Source: Candidatus Saccharicenans sp. (GTDB lineage Bacteria; Acidobacteriota; Aminicenantia; Aminicenantales; Saccharicenantaceae). Taken from it: a stretch of 64,000 nucleotides of DNA. Each line of letters begins with the position of its first letter. Positions within the stretch are counted from its first letter, which is position 1. The stretch is from contig JANLFU010000002.1 in the NCBI GenBank assembly GCA_024653215.1, positions 147,337 to 211,336 of the forward strand, given 5' to 3'. Below the pieces are notes generated by a model. The model was not told the DNA's origin, did no database searches, and saw only the letters and a list, made by a program, of their open reading frames with translations. A program made the translations under genes and the position numbers. Positions 36,997 through 47,229 of the stretch are shown here, piece after piece.

Positions 36997-38598
36997 ATGG
37001 GTTGGAGGGCTGGGTTGGCTGAGAGGCGTTCTATTGTTCTCGTGTCACTTATCCTGCTTGCTTTAAGCCTTGGCTTGTTTACGTCCGGTCGCTTCGCTTT
37101 TGGCTCGGCCCCATCCCCGGCTTCCGCCCCTCTCAAAAATGTACTGATTCTTTATGATTCCGCCGGCGACTCGGGCTGGCGGGGAAAGCTCTACGGCATC
37201 TGCCTGCAGAATCTGCTCGGTCATTTCCAGGTGGCCGTCGAGTCCAAACCGGTCGAAACCTATCTTGAGGGCGAGGCGGAAAAGTTCGATGTCATTTTTT
37301 ATATCGGTGCAGTCTACGAGAATAAATTGCCCGAGCCCTTCAGGAAAGATGTGCTTAAAACCGATAAAACAGTCTGCTGGCTCGGCCATAACCTCTGGCA
37401 GATTGCCTGGGGCGAAGACAAAAAGCCGTCAGGAAAATTCGAGAATAGGTTTGGCTTCAGATTCGGCGGCAATTCCAGTTCGGCCTTCAGCCTGGTTCTC
37501 TACAGGGGATATGCCTTTACCAGGCGCAGTGTCAATCCCGGCCTGGGCCTGGTTACCCTGACCGATACCAACCTGGCCAGGGAGCTGGCTACCTGCCTCT
37601 GTCCCGAACCCCATTCTGAGACGCCTTACGTTGTCCGGGGACGCAAATTCTGGTACGTGGCCGATGTTCCCTTTGCCTACGTGACCATGTCCGACCGCTA
37701 CCTGGTATTCGCCGACCTTCTTCACGATGTCCTGGGGATTGACCACGAGAGAAAGCTGCGGGCCCTGGTCCGGATTGAGGACGTCCACGGCCTGGCTTCA
37801 CCGGAAAAGCTGGTGGAAATAGCCGACCTGTTGCAGGCCGAGGGAGTTCCATTTTCCGTGGCCGTCATCCCGGTTTTTCAAGACCCCAGGGGTGTCTATA
37901 ACTACAGGCAGCCACAGACACTTCCGTTGAGCAAGAACAAGAAGCTGGTCTCGGCCCTGAAATACATGGTCGAAAGGGGCGGCGAAATCGTTCTTCACGG
38001 TTATACCCATCAGTGGCGCGACCAGCCCAACCCGAAATCCGGGGTCAGCGCCGAGGATTATGAGTTCTTCCGGGTCAGGCTTGACGCCGGGGGACGCCAG
38101 ATCCTGGAAGGCCCGGTGCCCGAGGATTCGCTGGAGTGGGTGGGCGAGAGAGTTGGGAAAGCCTTACTGGAGTTAAAGGCAGCGGGCTTTAACCCGGTGG
38201 CCTGGGAGACCCCGCACTACCTGGCTTCCGAGCTGGATAACCGCTATTTTGGCCGCTATTTTAAGCTCATGGTTCACCGGGGGATATATTTTGTTGATGA
38301 TGGGGGAACATTGCGTTTCAGCAATCAATTTTTCCCTTACCTGATTGAAAATGATTACTACGGGCAGAGAATTGCCCCGGAGAATCTCTATTGCTACGCT
38401 TCGTCCGCCTACATGGGCGAGCCGCCCTCGACCGTGCCGGCCATGCTCTACCAGGCCCGGCTCAACCAGGCGGTCAGGGACGGCTGGGCCAGTTTCTTTT
38501 TCCACTGGTACCAGGATACCCGGGTTCTCAAGGAGCTGGTGCAGGGCCTGAAGAACATGGGCTATGAATTCGTCAGCCTGAGCAGCCTGGCGAAATAA
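36997..38598 (+). CDS. DUF2334/polysaccharide-deacetylase-like protein
   Basis: VRIEDVHGLASPEKLVEIADLLQAEGVPFSVAVIPVFQDP...LHGYTHQ is typical of DUF2334. An N-terminal membrane anchor is present. Confidence 0.55.
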   Translation: MGWRAGLAERRSIVLVSLILLALSLGLFTSGRFAFGSAPSPASAPLKNVLILYDSAGDSGWRGKLYGICLQNLLGHFQVAVESKPVETYLEGEAEKFDVIFYIGAVYENKLPEPFRKDVLKTDKTVCWLGHNLWQIAWGEDKKPSGKFENRFGFRFGGNSSSAFSLVLYRGYAFTRRSVNPGLGLVTLTDTNLARELATCLCPEPHSETPYVVRGRKFWYVADVPFAYVTMSDRYLVFADLLHDVLGIDHERKLRALVRIEDVHGLASPEKLVEIADLLQAEGVPFSVAVIPVFQDPRGVYNYRQPQTLPLSKNKKLVSALKYMVERGGEIVLHGYTHQWRDQPNPKSGVSAEDYEFFRVRLDAGGRQILEGPVPEDSLEWVGERVGKALLELKAAGFNPVAWETPHYLASELDNRYFGRYFKLMVHRGIYFVDDGGTLRFSNQFFPYLIENDYYGQRIAPENLYCYASSAYMGEPPSTVPAMLYQARLNQAVRDGWASFFFHWYQDTRVLKELVQGLKNMGYEFVSLSSLAK

Positions 38599-38832
38599 TA
38601 AAAGCACACTGCAGGGTCACGGTTTTCTTTATTTGAGCAGCTTGATTTTCAAAAACCTCGTCGCCCTTTAATCAGTCGCGACGGCTTCAAGCAGAGAAAG
38701 TATGTTAATCAGGGCAGCCTATCGATAAACAGGGCTGAATCCCGGGCTTCATAATTTGGACTTTCTCATATTCATTTTTCATAGATTTCTTGTTAGCCCC
38801 GTTAAAAATCAGGAAACATTCAGCATGCCTGC

Positions 38833-41337
38833 TTACAGCTGCCAGGCATAGCCGATCTTCAGGAAAAAGGTGCGCGTCATCCTGGTCAGGCTGATATTTT
38901 CCAGCCCGAGCGAGTTATCGGTATAGCCCAGGAAAAGCACCGTCCTCGGGTTCAGCTTGTATGAGAACAGGAACTGGGTGAACAGGCCGCGGGTCACCGG
39001 TTCCACCGGGAAGCCGTAGGCAGCCGGGTTGCGGCTTATATCGCGATACTGGATTATCGCCCGGAGAAAGGCCCGGACATTTAAGTTATAAATTATCTTG
39101 CCCTGGAGCAGGTCGGCCGTGTAAATCTCCAGCCCTTCGGCCTTGAGCTTCTCGTAGTTGTAAGAGGTGGTAAGGTTGAGGTGACGGGTCAGGTTAAGCG
39201 AAAAGCCAGGCTCGAGCGATACGATGTCGGCCGGCCTGACATTATCGAAATCAATCCAGCGACCGGCGGCCGCCTGAAGGGTGAACTCGCTGCCGCTGAA
39301 GGGCTTGATCCCGAATTCGCCGTCAAACAGGGCGTAGTTGATCCGCTGGTCGATGTAAAGGGTCTGGCCGAGGTTTCCGCTTAATACCGCCGAGGTCTGC
39401 AGCGGCCCCTGGTACATTGTCCTCAGGGTCAATCCCTTGTCCAGGGCATTGCCGTCGTGGTCATAGAAGACCTGGCCCATGGCTCCAATCCGGATGACGT
39501 TGAACCAGCTTTTTGGCGACCCCCAGATCTGGCGCATGACCACGGCCCCGGCGCTCCTGGTGTCAACCCGTGGCAGGTAGCCGTAATCGGCCCGGAAATT
39601 TCGTCCCAGGTCTTCCAGGACGGCCTGGACGATCCAGTAACGGGACTGGTGCACCAGGCCGATGTTGATGGCGTTTCCGCCAAAGTTCCCGAGAGGCTGC
39701 CCGTACCAGTCGGAGACGACCCCAGGATAGTTCGTTTCTGAATGAAGGAACTGAACCGTCATGAAGGTGGTCTGGTTGAAACGGAAGAAGCTGTCGGCCC
39801 CGACCACGTGGTTGTGGTATTCGCTGCCGGCCCGGCCGGTGTAGAGCAGGCCGATGGTTGAGCCCTTCCCGATATCCTGGCGCAGCCGGAACACTCCGCC
39901 ATAGACCCTGTCATCGAGGGACAGGCTCATCGAACCCTGGCTTCCGGGAAGAAGCAGGTTGTTTATTTCGTCCTGGGCCGAGAAGAAGCCCAGCGCGGTC
40001 CGGCCCATCTTTCCGGTCATCTTGACCCCCCAGGCCGGGTCGGCCACCGTCCGGGTAAAAACGGCGTTGATGGGCGTCAGGAAGAAATCCGCGCCTTCCA
40101 GGAAAAACGGCCGTTTCTCCGGGTAATAGAGGGCAAAGCGGCGGTTGATTTCGAGCTGGGCCACGTCGGCCTCCACCTGGCTGAAATCGGGGTTGGCCGT
40201 GGCATTGAGGATGAGGTTTGGCGTAACGCCCCACTTCAGGGTCAGTCCGGGGTCGACTTTCTGGTTGAGTTTCTCGAGCGAACCTTCGGGGAAGGTGTCC
40301 ATATCCATGGCGTCGGTGCGGACGGCGGTCAGCGTGGGATTGATTTCAATGTTGCGGCCGGGCGAGATACCGGCAAAACCCACCAGCTTGTTGAACTGGC
40401 AGAGGATGCAGGAGACGCTGCGGGAGCGCTTGTGGGAAGTTATGCGGTGGCGGACACCGCGAGGCCAGCTCCTCTCGGCGCTGAAACCCCAGGTCTGTGC
40501 TGACTCGCTGGCCCGGAAGCGAAGCTGGTTGAAGGGAATGGCCACCTCGACGGCGTAGCCCCAGTCTTCGATGCGACCGGCGGCGTTCCAGATGGCATCC
40601 CAGGAAAAATCCTCGTAGCCCTCGAGCTCGGAGAAATTGGCATCGGCCTGGACGCCCAGCGGGTTAACCCGGAACTGGAAACCACGGCGTTCGTCGTTGA
40701 ACGAGTCCACCATGAAACTTATGTGGTCATCCAGGATCAGCCTGTCGGTGTCGTCTCGGTCCATCAGGTGGGCCCGGATCTTGCGGGGCTCGGGGTCGTA
40801 ACAGCGGAAGGAGACGTAGAGGTTGTTATGGTCGTAGGTGATAAGGCAATCTGTCTTGACCGGCGGCTCGATGTTATCGCCGGGTGTCCATTCGTAGATT
40901 AAGGGAATGACGGTGGCGGTTTGCCAGGCCTCCTCGTTGAGCAGGCCGTCAATCTTGATTTTAGAGCTGGCGGTAGAGACCTGGAAGATGGTGGCCCCGG
41001 AGGCGGTGGTGCCGGCGGGGGACTGGTTGCTGGCCTGGCGGGCTGAAGAGGAGGCGGGAGAGGAGGGGGTTCTAACGGCCGAGGCAGTTTGGCCGGGCGG
41101 GTTGAGCAGGGTAACTGGCTCAGGGAGCATCTCATCTTGGGCAGGTGGCAGGCTCCCGTGTCCCGGGGAGTTTTTGTCGACAGGGCCCGGGACGGCAACC
41201 TGGCGACCTGAATCGCGTCCTGCGGCTAGCAGATCATGGGGCGAGAGGTTAATGAGGAGCACAGACAGAGCCAACACGATAATAGGGGTCAACCAGCATC
41301 TTAAAAAATATCTTAGCCATCCATTTGCCATGGGCAT
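38833..41337 (-). CDS. DUF5916/CBM9-like outer-membrane protein, paralog 2
   Basis: ATG 41337 follows AAGGAGA. A signal peptide is followed by an S/A/P-rich linker. The CBM9-like module DGLLNEEAWQTATVIPL...YDHNNLYVSFRCYD is clearly paralogous to 28634..31132. Confidence 0.6.
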   Translation of the reverse strand: MPMANGWLRYFLRCWLTPIIVLALSVLLINLSPHDLLAAGRDSGRQVAVPGPVDKNSPGHGSLPPAQDEMLPEPVTLLNPPGQTASAVRTPSSPASSSARQASNQSPAGTTASGATIFQVSTASSKIKIDGLLNEEAWQTATVIPLIYEWTPGDNIEPPVKTDCLITYDHNNLYVSFRCYDPEPRKIRAHLMDRDDTDRLILDDHISFMVDSFNDERRGFQFRVNPLGVQADANFSELEGYEDFSWDAIWNAAGRIEDWGYAVEVAIPFNQLRFRASESAQTWGFSAERSWPRGVRHRITSHKRSRSVSCILCQFNKLVGFAGISPGRNIEINPTLTAVRTDAMDMDTFPEGSLEKLNQKVDPGLTLKWGVTPNLILNATANPDFSQVEADVAQLEINRRFALYYPEKRPFFLEGADFFLTPINAVFTRTVADPAWGVKMTGKMGRTALGFFSAQDEINNLLLPGSQGSMSLSLDDRVYGGVFRLRQDIGKGSTIGLLYTGRAGSEYHNHVVGADSFFRFNQTTFMTVQFLHSETNYPGVVSDWYGQPLGNFGGNAINIGLVHQSRYWIVQAVLEDLGRNFRADYGYLPRVDTRSAGAVVMRQIWGSPKSWFNVIRIGAMGQVFYDHDGNALDKGLTLRTMYQGPLQTSAVLSGNLGQTLYIDQRINYALFDGEFGIKPFSGSEFTLQAAAGRWIDFDNVRPADIVSLEPGFSLNLTRHLNLTTSYNYEKLKAEGLEIYTADLLQGKIIYNLNVRAFLRAIIQYRDISRNPAAYGFPVEPVTRGLFTQFLFSYKLNPRTVLFLGYTDNSLGLENISLTRMTRTFFLKIGYAWQL

Positions 41338-41388
41338 TCTTGTCTCCTTGTCTCGAGTAGAATTGCCGTGAACCAGATGCCTCCGGCT

Positions 41389-41414
41389 AATATATGAATA
41401 TCCGTTCATATATT
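41389..41414. promoter_or_regulatory. Palindrome AATATATGAA-N6-TTCATATATT upstream of DUF5916 paralog 2
   Basis: It has 10-nt arms and lies about 52-77 nt upstream of ATG 41337 on the minus strand. A related perfect palindrome is at 58982..59005. Confidence 0.35.
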
Positions 41415-41883
41415 CTGGACCCTGCCCGGTCCTGAAGACCCGGCTCTGCTCGGCCAGCGGACAATATGAATCATCATAAGGTTATACGAACTCGAAAGCA
41501 ACAGGGTTCTCCCTTCCGGCCAAGACCTGATATCCAGGTAATCGGGAGCATAGGAAGAGGCGGGCAGCAGTCCGGCGACAGCGATTGGGCGTGAGAAAGC
41601 GGAGAGATTGGCTCTCCCCCCGGTTCCGGGCCAGTCTATGGCCGCCGTTCATGCCGAGAACTTAAGCCGGGTCAACATAAGAGGGGAAATGATGCCTGTC
41701 CTATGGCCGTGCTTATAGTGGCTTGAGATTCATCTTGTTAAGCCTTGACGGCCTGTATTTTTAGGCTTGCTCTCGCCTCTTGGCCGGGTGGTCCGTGCCT
41801 GGATCGCCGGAAAGATGCGGGTTAGGCCGGAAAAGAATTGGATAAAAAACAAGGCAGGGTCTCTTTTCTCCGGCTCAAGAGTT

Positions 41884-42744
41884 TCAGGGAACTGGCGGCG
41901 AGGTTTTCTTGGTGCGGAATAGCAGCGAATCGAAGGGAAAGAAGTATAGAAACAGGATAGGGTAGAGGAACAGCTTCTGCAGGCCGGCCGAAGACATAAA
42001 GGCGATTATAAAAATCAGGATATGCATCCTGACCACGTTGGCATAAGCAAAGCCCACCGACGGGCCCATTTCGGTCTTTTGAAAGGCAGTTTTGTAAGCC
42101 TGGAGCCGGGAGAAGGCGCTGGCCAGGATGAAAATCCAGTAGTTCCTGACAGTGGTGGCCACCAGATTCTTAAACAGGGAGAATTCACCCGGGGCTCCCA
42201 TTTCAGATCCGGACGGAAAGAGCGGAAAAAACAGGCTCAGGAACAGGCTGTGAACAAAATGAAAGCCCAGGAAATGAACAGTAAAGAAGCCGACCATGAA
42301 CAGGGCACCCGGAAGGAGCAGGAAAAAAATGGCAGTTTTACTTTTCTGGCCAGAGGGGGAAGTTCCCGCAGCGCGGTTGCGCTTCCAGTCGTTAATTCCG
42401 ATAAAAAAGCTTATGGCGATCAGGACAAAAAATGTGACGGTGTATATCGAGAAAAATCCAGTAAAAGCCCCGATGATCAGCAACAATATCAGGGAGGTGG
42501 CAACGCTGCCGATTTCGAAGGCCGGTAGCGGCTCATTTCTCTGGGGAGAGGAAAACTTTTTGAATTGGCTGGCAAACATGCCGGCGATGGAGACCAGGAG
42601 GTAAGAGTAGCCGAGGGTCAGGCTGGAAATCCACAGCGACCAGACCAGGTCGGTGGCCGACCAGTGCTCGAGCCAGGCCAGAAATACTGTGCCCAGGAAA
42701 AGTCCCAGGTCCAGCAACCAGTCCTTTTTAGGCCTTGGCCCCAT
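41884..42744 (-). CDS. Hypothetical integral membrane protein
   Basis: 286 aa with at least 7 hydrophobic segments. No confident family. Confidence 0.5.
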   Translation of the reverse strand: MGPRPKKDWLLDLGLFLGTVFLAWLEHWSATDLVWSLWISSLTLGYSYLLVSIAGMFASQFKKFSSPQRNEPLPAFEIGSVATSLILLLIIGAFTGFFSIYTVTFFVLIAISFFIGINDWKRNRAAGTSPSGQKSKTAIFFLLLPGALFMVGFFTVHFLGFHFVHSLFLSLFFPLFPSGSEMGAPGEFSLFKNLVATTVRNYWIFILASAFSRLQAYKTAFQKTEMGPSVGFAYANVVRMHILIFIIAFMSSAGLQKLFLYPILFLYFFPFDSLLFRTKKTSPPVP

Positions 42745-42882
42745 GAGGCTATTATATTTACTGCCAGGCCGGCCACAAAGGAAAAAATTAGGGAATGAGT
42801 ATCATGTCCCCCGTTTCTTAAGCCCTGTTTTCTTGACATTAGGGCAATAAAGGGAAGAAAATAAAAACAGAGGGGCAGAAAC

Positions 42883-45027
42883 ATGAAAAAGGGCCTTTGT
42901 CTTGCTTTTATCGGAGTCATTGTCATATCAGGATTGGCGCTTCTGGGCGTGACCTTCCTGGCTCAAACGGGGCAGGCCGGCCAGCAGGAACAGCAGGTGC
43001 CGAAAGAGCTCCAGGTCAGGCCGAAGCATGAGGTCACCGTAGCCGTCAAGCTGGTCCAGGTCTATGTGACCGATAAGGGTGGCAACCCGGCCGGCGACCT
43101 GACCGCCGACGATTTTGAAATCTACGACAACAACAAGCCGGTCCCGGTTCTTCATTTTGAGAAGCATTTTGCCGAAGAGCTGGCCGCGGCCGGTACCGAG
43201 GGGCCCAGGCCGGCGCTCAACCGCAAGTTTTTCCTGTTCTTCGACCTGGCCTTCACCGACGCCCGGGGCCTGATGCGGGCCAAGAATGCCGCCCTGAAAT
43301 TCATGGAGAAATCGCTCCTGCCCACGGATGAAATTTCGCTGGTGACCTACACCGCCCTGCGCGGGTTGACCCTTCATGAATACATGACCAGGGACCATGC
43401 CCGGGTCCGCAACATCATTGAAAACTTCGGGCTGAAGAGCGTCACCGGGCGGGCCGAGAACCTGGCCAATTTCTTCTATTCCGACACGCTGATGACTCTG
43501 CAGGGCGACGAGGTGGAGACGACACCCGAGGACAGTTTCTTTACCGACCAGGCCCGGCTGCAGACCGGCCAGATGCTGGACACCGCCCGTCGCCAGGGCT
43601 ACGTGGACCAGGCCCGTTTCTACCTGGATGCCTGGAATAATTTAGCCAAGGTGCTGCGGACAGTTCCGGGCTACAAGAATATCGTCCTGTTTTCGGCCGG
43701 CCTGGCCAAGCAGCTCCTGTTCGGCAAGACGGGAGGAGCGGTGGTTGGCGACTGGAGCACTCCCGAGCAGCTGGCCGCCCAGATGGCCGAGTACGATGCG
43801 GCCCAGGCCGATACGGGTTTGCGCAGCGATTTCAGCCGGCTATTGAAGGAATTGAAGAATTCAAACTGCGCGGTTTTCACCGTTGACATTTCGCGGGTGC
43901 ACAAGGAGATGGACGTGGAGGGGGCGGGAGGGGCCATGCCCGGGGCCCGGGAGCTCGACGGGGCCGATTCGCTCAAGCAGCTGGCCTCTGAGACCGGCGG
44001 CAGGTTTTACGCCAACACCGTCAACCCGGAAAACGCCATGGAGGAGATCGTCAACACCACCAAGAACTTCTATATTCTCGGCTTTAAGGTGGACGAGAGC
44101 TGGGACGGGAAGTACCACAAGGTCAAGGTTAAAGTTAAGAAAAAAGGCTATAACGTCTACTCCCAGGCCGGGTATTTTAATCCCAAGCCCTTCAGGGAGT
44201 ACAACAATTTTGAGAGGCTGTTGCACCTGATCGAGGTGGCCCTGACCGAGGAGCCCTGGCCCTACGTGCCGGTGGAAATCCCGGTGGCCAGCCTGAACCT
44301 GGTGGAAAAGGGCTGGCCGATGGCCCTGACCTTTGCCCGGGCCTCGGCGGAGGAGCTGGGGGAGGTGTTCGGGGCGAAGACAGAAGCCTACCTGCTGATT
44401 TTTAACGAAAAGGGAGAACTGGCCCTGATTAAAAAATTCAGGGCGGTGGTGTCCGAGAAGGACAAGAAGGAAAATGATGCTTTCCTGCCGTCATTTCTGC
44501 TACCAATCAAGCCCGGCAAATACGAATGCGCCCTGGTGATGAGAAACCTGGACACGGGCCGGGCGGCCAGGGGACGGGCTGCGGTTGAAGTGCCGGGGCA
44601 ACTTCCGGTGATGCCCTACCTGGACCCGCCGCTTTTGCTGAGGCTGGACGACCGGGCGAAAGAGATTAGCGCTGGAGGCGAGCCCACGCTGGCTTCCATC
44701 TATGGATATAACCCGGGAACCTATTCGGCCGTGGCCGGAAGAGTGCCACCTGAAACCAGGAAGCTGTACGCGGCTTTAAGGCTGGCCTGCCCGGCCGGCT
44801 GGGAAGAAGGCCTGGCGGTGGGGGTAGAGCTTACTGGAGAAGGCGGAGAGCCGGGCCGGAGCCTGCCGGTGGCCGTGCTGGAAAAAAAGCGCGAGGGCCA
44901 GTTGTTGAAAGTGCTGCTGGAGCTGGAAACGGGGGAGCTGGGTGCGGGCGAATACGCGGTGACTTTTACGGTCGGCGGCCCGAATTTCGCCCAGCCCCTG
45001 CGGGCCACCACCCGCTTTTCCCTATGA
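42883..45027 (+). CDS. VWA-domain protein with TIGR03436-type (VWFA-related Acidobacterial) N-terminal domain
   Basis: A signal anchor is followed by VKLVQVYVTDKGGNPAGDLTADDFEIYDNNKPVPVLHFE and a VWA-like core (FFLFFDLAF...SLVTY...VLFSAG). Confidence 0.65.
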   Translation: MKKGLCLAFIGVIVISGLALLGVTFLAQTGQAGQQEQQVPKELQVRPKHEVTVAVKLVQVYVTDKGGNPAGDLTADDFEIYDNNKPVPVLHFEKHFAEELAAAGTEGPRPALNRKFFLFFDLAFTDARGLMRAKNAALKFMEKSLLPTDEISLVTYTALRGLTLHEYMTRDHARVRNIIENFGLKSVTGRAENLANFFYSDTLMTLQGDEVETTPEDSFFTDQARLQTGQMLDTARRQGYVDQARFYLDAWNNLAKVLRTVPGYKNIVLFSAGLAKQLLFGKTGGAVVGDWSTPEQLAAQMAEYDAAQADTGLRSDFSRLLKELKNSNCAVFTVDISRVHKEMDVEGAGGAMPGARELDGADSLKQLASETGGRFYANTVNPENAMEEIVNTTKNFYILGFKVDESWDGKYHKVKVKVKKKGYNVYSQAGYFNPKPFREYNNFERLLHLIEVALTEEPWPYVPVEIPVASLNLVEKGWPMALTFARASAEELGEVFGAKTEAYLLIFNEKGELALIKKFRAVVSEKDKKENDAFLPSFLLPIKPGKYECALVMRNLDTGRAARGRAAVEVPGQLPVMPYLDPPLLLRLDDRAKEISAGGEPTLASIYGYNPGTYSAVAGRVPPETRKLYAALRLACPAGWEEGLAVGVELTGEGGEPGRSLPVAVLEKKREGQLLKVLLELETGELGAGEYAVTFTVGGPNFAQPLRATTRFSL

Positions 45028-45031
45028 AACA

Positions 45032-45127
45032 GGGGACACCTGCAGGTGTCCCTTTTTTCCGGGCTGGCTAACGGAAATAACAGGCGAAGCTTAAAGGCCA
45101 AAATCGGGGACACCTTAAGGTGTCCCC
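45032..45127. repeat. Doublet palindromic repeat, copy 1
   Basis: Hairpin 1 is GGGGACACCTGCAGGTGTCCC (45032-45052) followed by TTTTTT. Hairpin 2 is GGGGACACCTTAAGGTGTCCCC (45106-45127). The spacer contains ATAACAGGCG. It fills the gap between convergent genes. Confidence 0.9.
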
Positions 45128-45140
45128 ATTTCTTCATTTT

Positions 45141-46241
45141 TTATTTTCTGGTCAGCTCGGCCATTTCTGCTTCGGATGGCTTGTTGGGTATAACCGCCAC
45201 CGTTTTGCCCCTGAACTCAAAGACTTCACGGTCGTCGTTGTTGATTTCGGCTATGACCTCGGCCTTAACCCCGTGAGCCCTGACCACGGCCAGGACTTCG
45301 TCAACATCTTTAGGTTCGACCTGAACCGCCATCCGGCCCTGGGTTTCGCAGATCATGATTTCTTCCGGCGTGAGGTCCGGCACCTTGAGCGGAACGCGGT
45401 CGAGATTGACCCGGGCTCCAAAGCCGCCGTACCTGGCCGATTCGCAGACAGCGGCTCCGATTCCGGCCGCTCCCAGGTCGGAACAGGCCTTAATCTTGTT
45501 GGTGCGAAAGGCAGCCAGGGTGGCCTCCATCACCCTGCGCTCTTCCTCGAAAAGGGCTATGGCCGGCCTCATTTCCTTGACCAGCCCGGCCCGGTACAGG
45601 GTGTCATTGCCGTCGTTTCCGGTTTCGCCGATCAGGATGACCCGGTCGCCGGCGGACTTGGCCGGCTTGGTCAGCGGCTTGTTTGAAACCATCTTGCCGA
45701 TAACTGAAACCACCACTGCCGGCACTATGTCTGAGAAGGAGGTGGAAAAGCCCCCGCCGACGATGAAGACATCCATGGCCCGGCACATGTCCTTCAGTCC
45801 CTGGACCATTAAGTTCAGCCTCTCTCCGCTGGTCATCTCCACGCACTTTCCGCAGGTACATTTGCCGTCAAAGCCGCAGGGGCCAACGATGACCTTTTCG
45901 TGAAGCGGGCGGGTGCCGATAAAGTCCAGCAGGAAAATCGGCCTGGCTCCCATGGCCACCACGTCACGCATGGCCCCGCCGGCTCCGGTGGCCGCGGCAT
46001 CGTAGGGACGCGGCACGCAGGGCGAGCAATGGCTCTCCATCTTGGCCACGAACATGCAGTCAGTTTCCGGAAACTTGACCACCGCCGCGTCGTCTCCGGG
46101 ACCGACGACCAGCGCCCCGGGGAAAAGGCGGCCGACCTGCTGGTTGAGGGCCTCGATGGCCTTAAAATCTATGGCCTTGTCGATATTATGATGGAGATGG
46201 ACAAAAAGGGCATGCATCAAAGCTTTTTCGATGGTATTCAT
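45141..46241 (-). CDS. AIR-synthase-related (PurM/HypE/ThiL-fold) protein
   Basis: GDDAAV...AATGAGGAMRDVVAMGARP and a C-terminal GDRVILIGETG... pattern, both typical of the PurM superfamily. Confidence 0.55.
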   Translation of the reverse strand: MNTIEKALMHALFVHLHHNIDKAIDFKAIEALNQQVGRLFPGALVVGPGDDAAVVKFPETDCMFVAKMESHCSPCVPRPYDAAATGAGGAMRDVVAMGARPIFLLDFIGTRPLHEKVIVGPCGFDGKCTCGKCVEMTSGERLNLMVQGLKDMCRAMDVFIVGGGFSTSFSDIVPAVVVSVIGKMVSNKPLTKPAKSAGDRVILIGETGNDGNDTLYRAGLVKEMRPAIALFEEERRVMEATLAAFRTNKIKACSDLGAAGIGAAVCESARYGGFGARVNLDRVPLKVPDLTPEEIMICETQGRMAVQVEPKDVDEVLAVVRAHGVKAEVIAEINNDDREVFEFRGKTVAVIPNKPSEAEMAELTRK

Positions 46242-46330
46242 AACAGACTCCCTCCTTGTGGATAAATGGATTTGTTATCAGAATAAATAATTTGGCCGCA
46301 ACAAGCAATAGATTTTAGAGGGGTTTAAAA

Positions 46331-46426
46331 GGGGACAGTGCAAGGTGTCCCCTTTCCAGGGTTGTTTTATCCAGGCTAACAGGCGTAAAATAACGGCGAA
46401 AGTCGGGGACACCTTACAGTGTCCCC
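46331..46426. repeat. Doublet palindromic repeat, copy 2 (in a divergent intergenic region)
   Basis: GGGGACAGTGCAAGGTGTCCCC (46331-46352) and GGGGACACCTTACAGTGTCCCC (46405-46426). The spacer contains GCTAACAGGCG. Confidence 0.9.
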
Positions 46427-46528
46427 AATTCCTTACCTATCCCTCCTGCTGCCGCTTGATTTTAGCCTACTGGAATAAGAGAATTAGCGAGTGGAAAAGT
46501 ATTAGCCGGTTATCTACAAGGAGGTATC

Positions 46529-47221
46529 ATGAAGACCATTGGCCTGATTGGCGGCATGAGCTGGGAATCATCGCTTGAATACTACCGCATAATAAATGAG
46601 GAAGTGAAAAAGCATCTGGGTGGGTTTCACTCGGCTCGGTGCCTGATGTATTCGGTTGATTTTTCGGAGATTGAAGTGCTGCAGCATCGGGGGGAATGGG
46701 AAAAGCTGGCCTGGATACTCAGCCAGGCTGCCGTTCGGCTAGAAGCGGGCGGGGCTGACTTCCTGGTGCTGTGCACCAACACCATGCACAAGGTGGCGCC
46801 GCAGATTGAGTCCGCAGTTAATATCCCGCTGTTGCACATCGCCGACCCGACGGCCGAGAGAATAAAGGCCCGCGGTTTCAGGAAGGTTGGCCTGTTGGGT
46901 ACCCGTTTCACCATGGAGGAGGATTTTTACCGTGGCCGGCTGGAAAAGAAGCACGGCCTGGAAGTCCTGGTGCCGGAGCCGGCTGACCGCGAGATGGTTC
47001 ATCATGTAATTTATTATGAGCTGTGCGACGGCCGCCTTCAGGAAGAATCGCGGCGGAAGTTTGCGGGGGTTATTGAAAAGCTGGCCGCGGCCGGGGCCCA
47101 GGGCGTTATCCTGGGTTGCACTGAAATCGGCCTGCTGGTCAAGGAGAAAGACAGCCTGCTGCCGATATTTGATACCACCATCATTCACGCCGAAGCGGCC
47201 GTGGAATATGCTCTAAAATGA
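46529..47221 (+). CDS. Aspartate/glutamate racemase family protein
   Basis: MKTIGLIGGMSWESSLEYY, LCTNTMH and GCTEI, which carry the two catalytic Cys motifs. Confidence 0.8.
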   Translation: MKTIGLIGGMSWESSLEYYRIINEEVKKHLGGFHSARCLMYSVDFSEIEVLQHRGEWEKLAWILSQAAVRLEAGGADFLVLCTNTMHKVAPQIESAVNIPLLHIADPTAERIKARGFRKVGLLGTRFTMEEDFYRGRLEKKHGLEVLVPEPADREMVHHVIYYELCDGRLQEESRRKFAGVIEKLAAAGAQGVILGCTEIGLLVKEKDSLLPIFDTTIIHAEAAVEYALK

Positions 47222-47229
47222 AAGGTAAA

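Noticed and set aside
38833-41409. ATG 41409 as the start of DUF5916 paralog 2
   Set aside because: The first 24 codons run through the AT-rich palindrome and lack an SD. ATG 41337 has AAGGAGA upstream and starts right at a signal peptide.
41480-41570. A TPP-riboswitch-like stretch (ACCTGATATCCAGGTAATCGGGAGCATAGGAAG)
   Set aside because: It lacks the CUGAGA element and the P2/P3 pairing. There is also no plus-strand gene downstream, because both neighbouring genes are on the minus strand.
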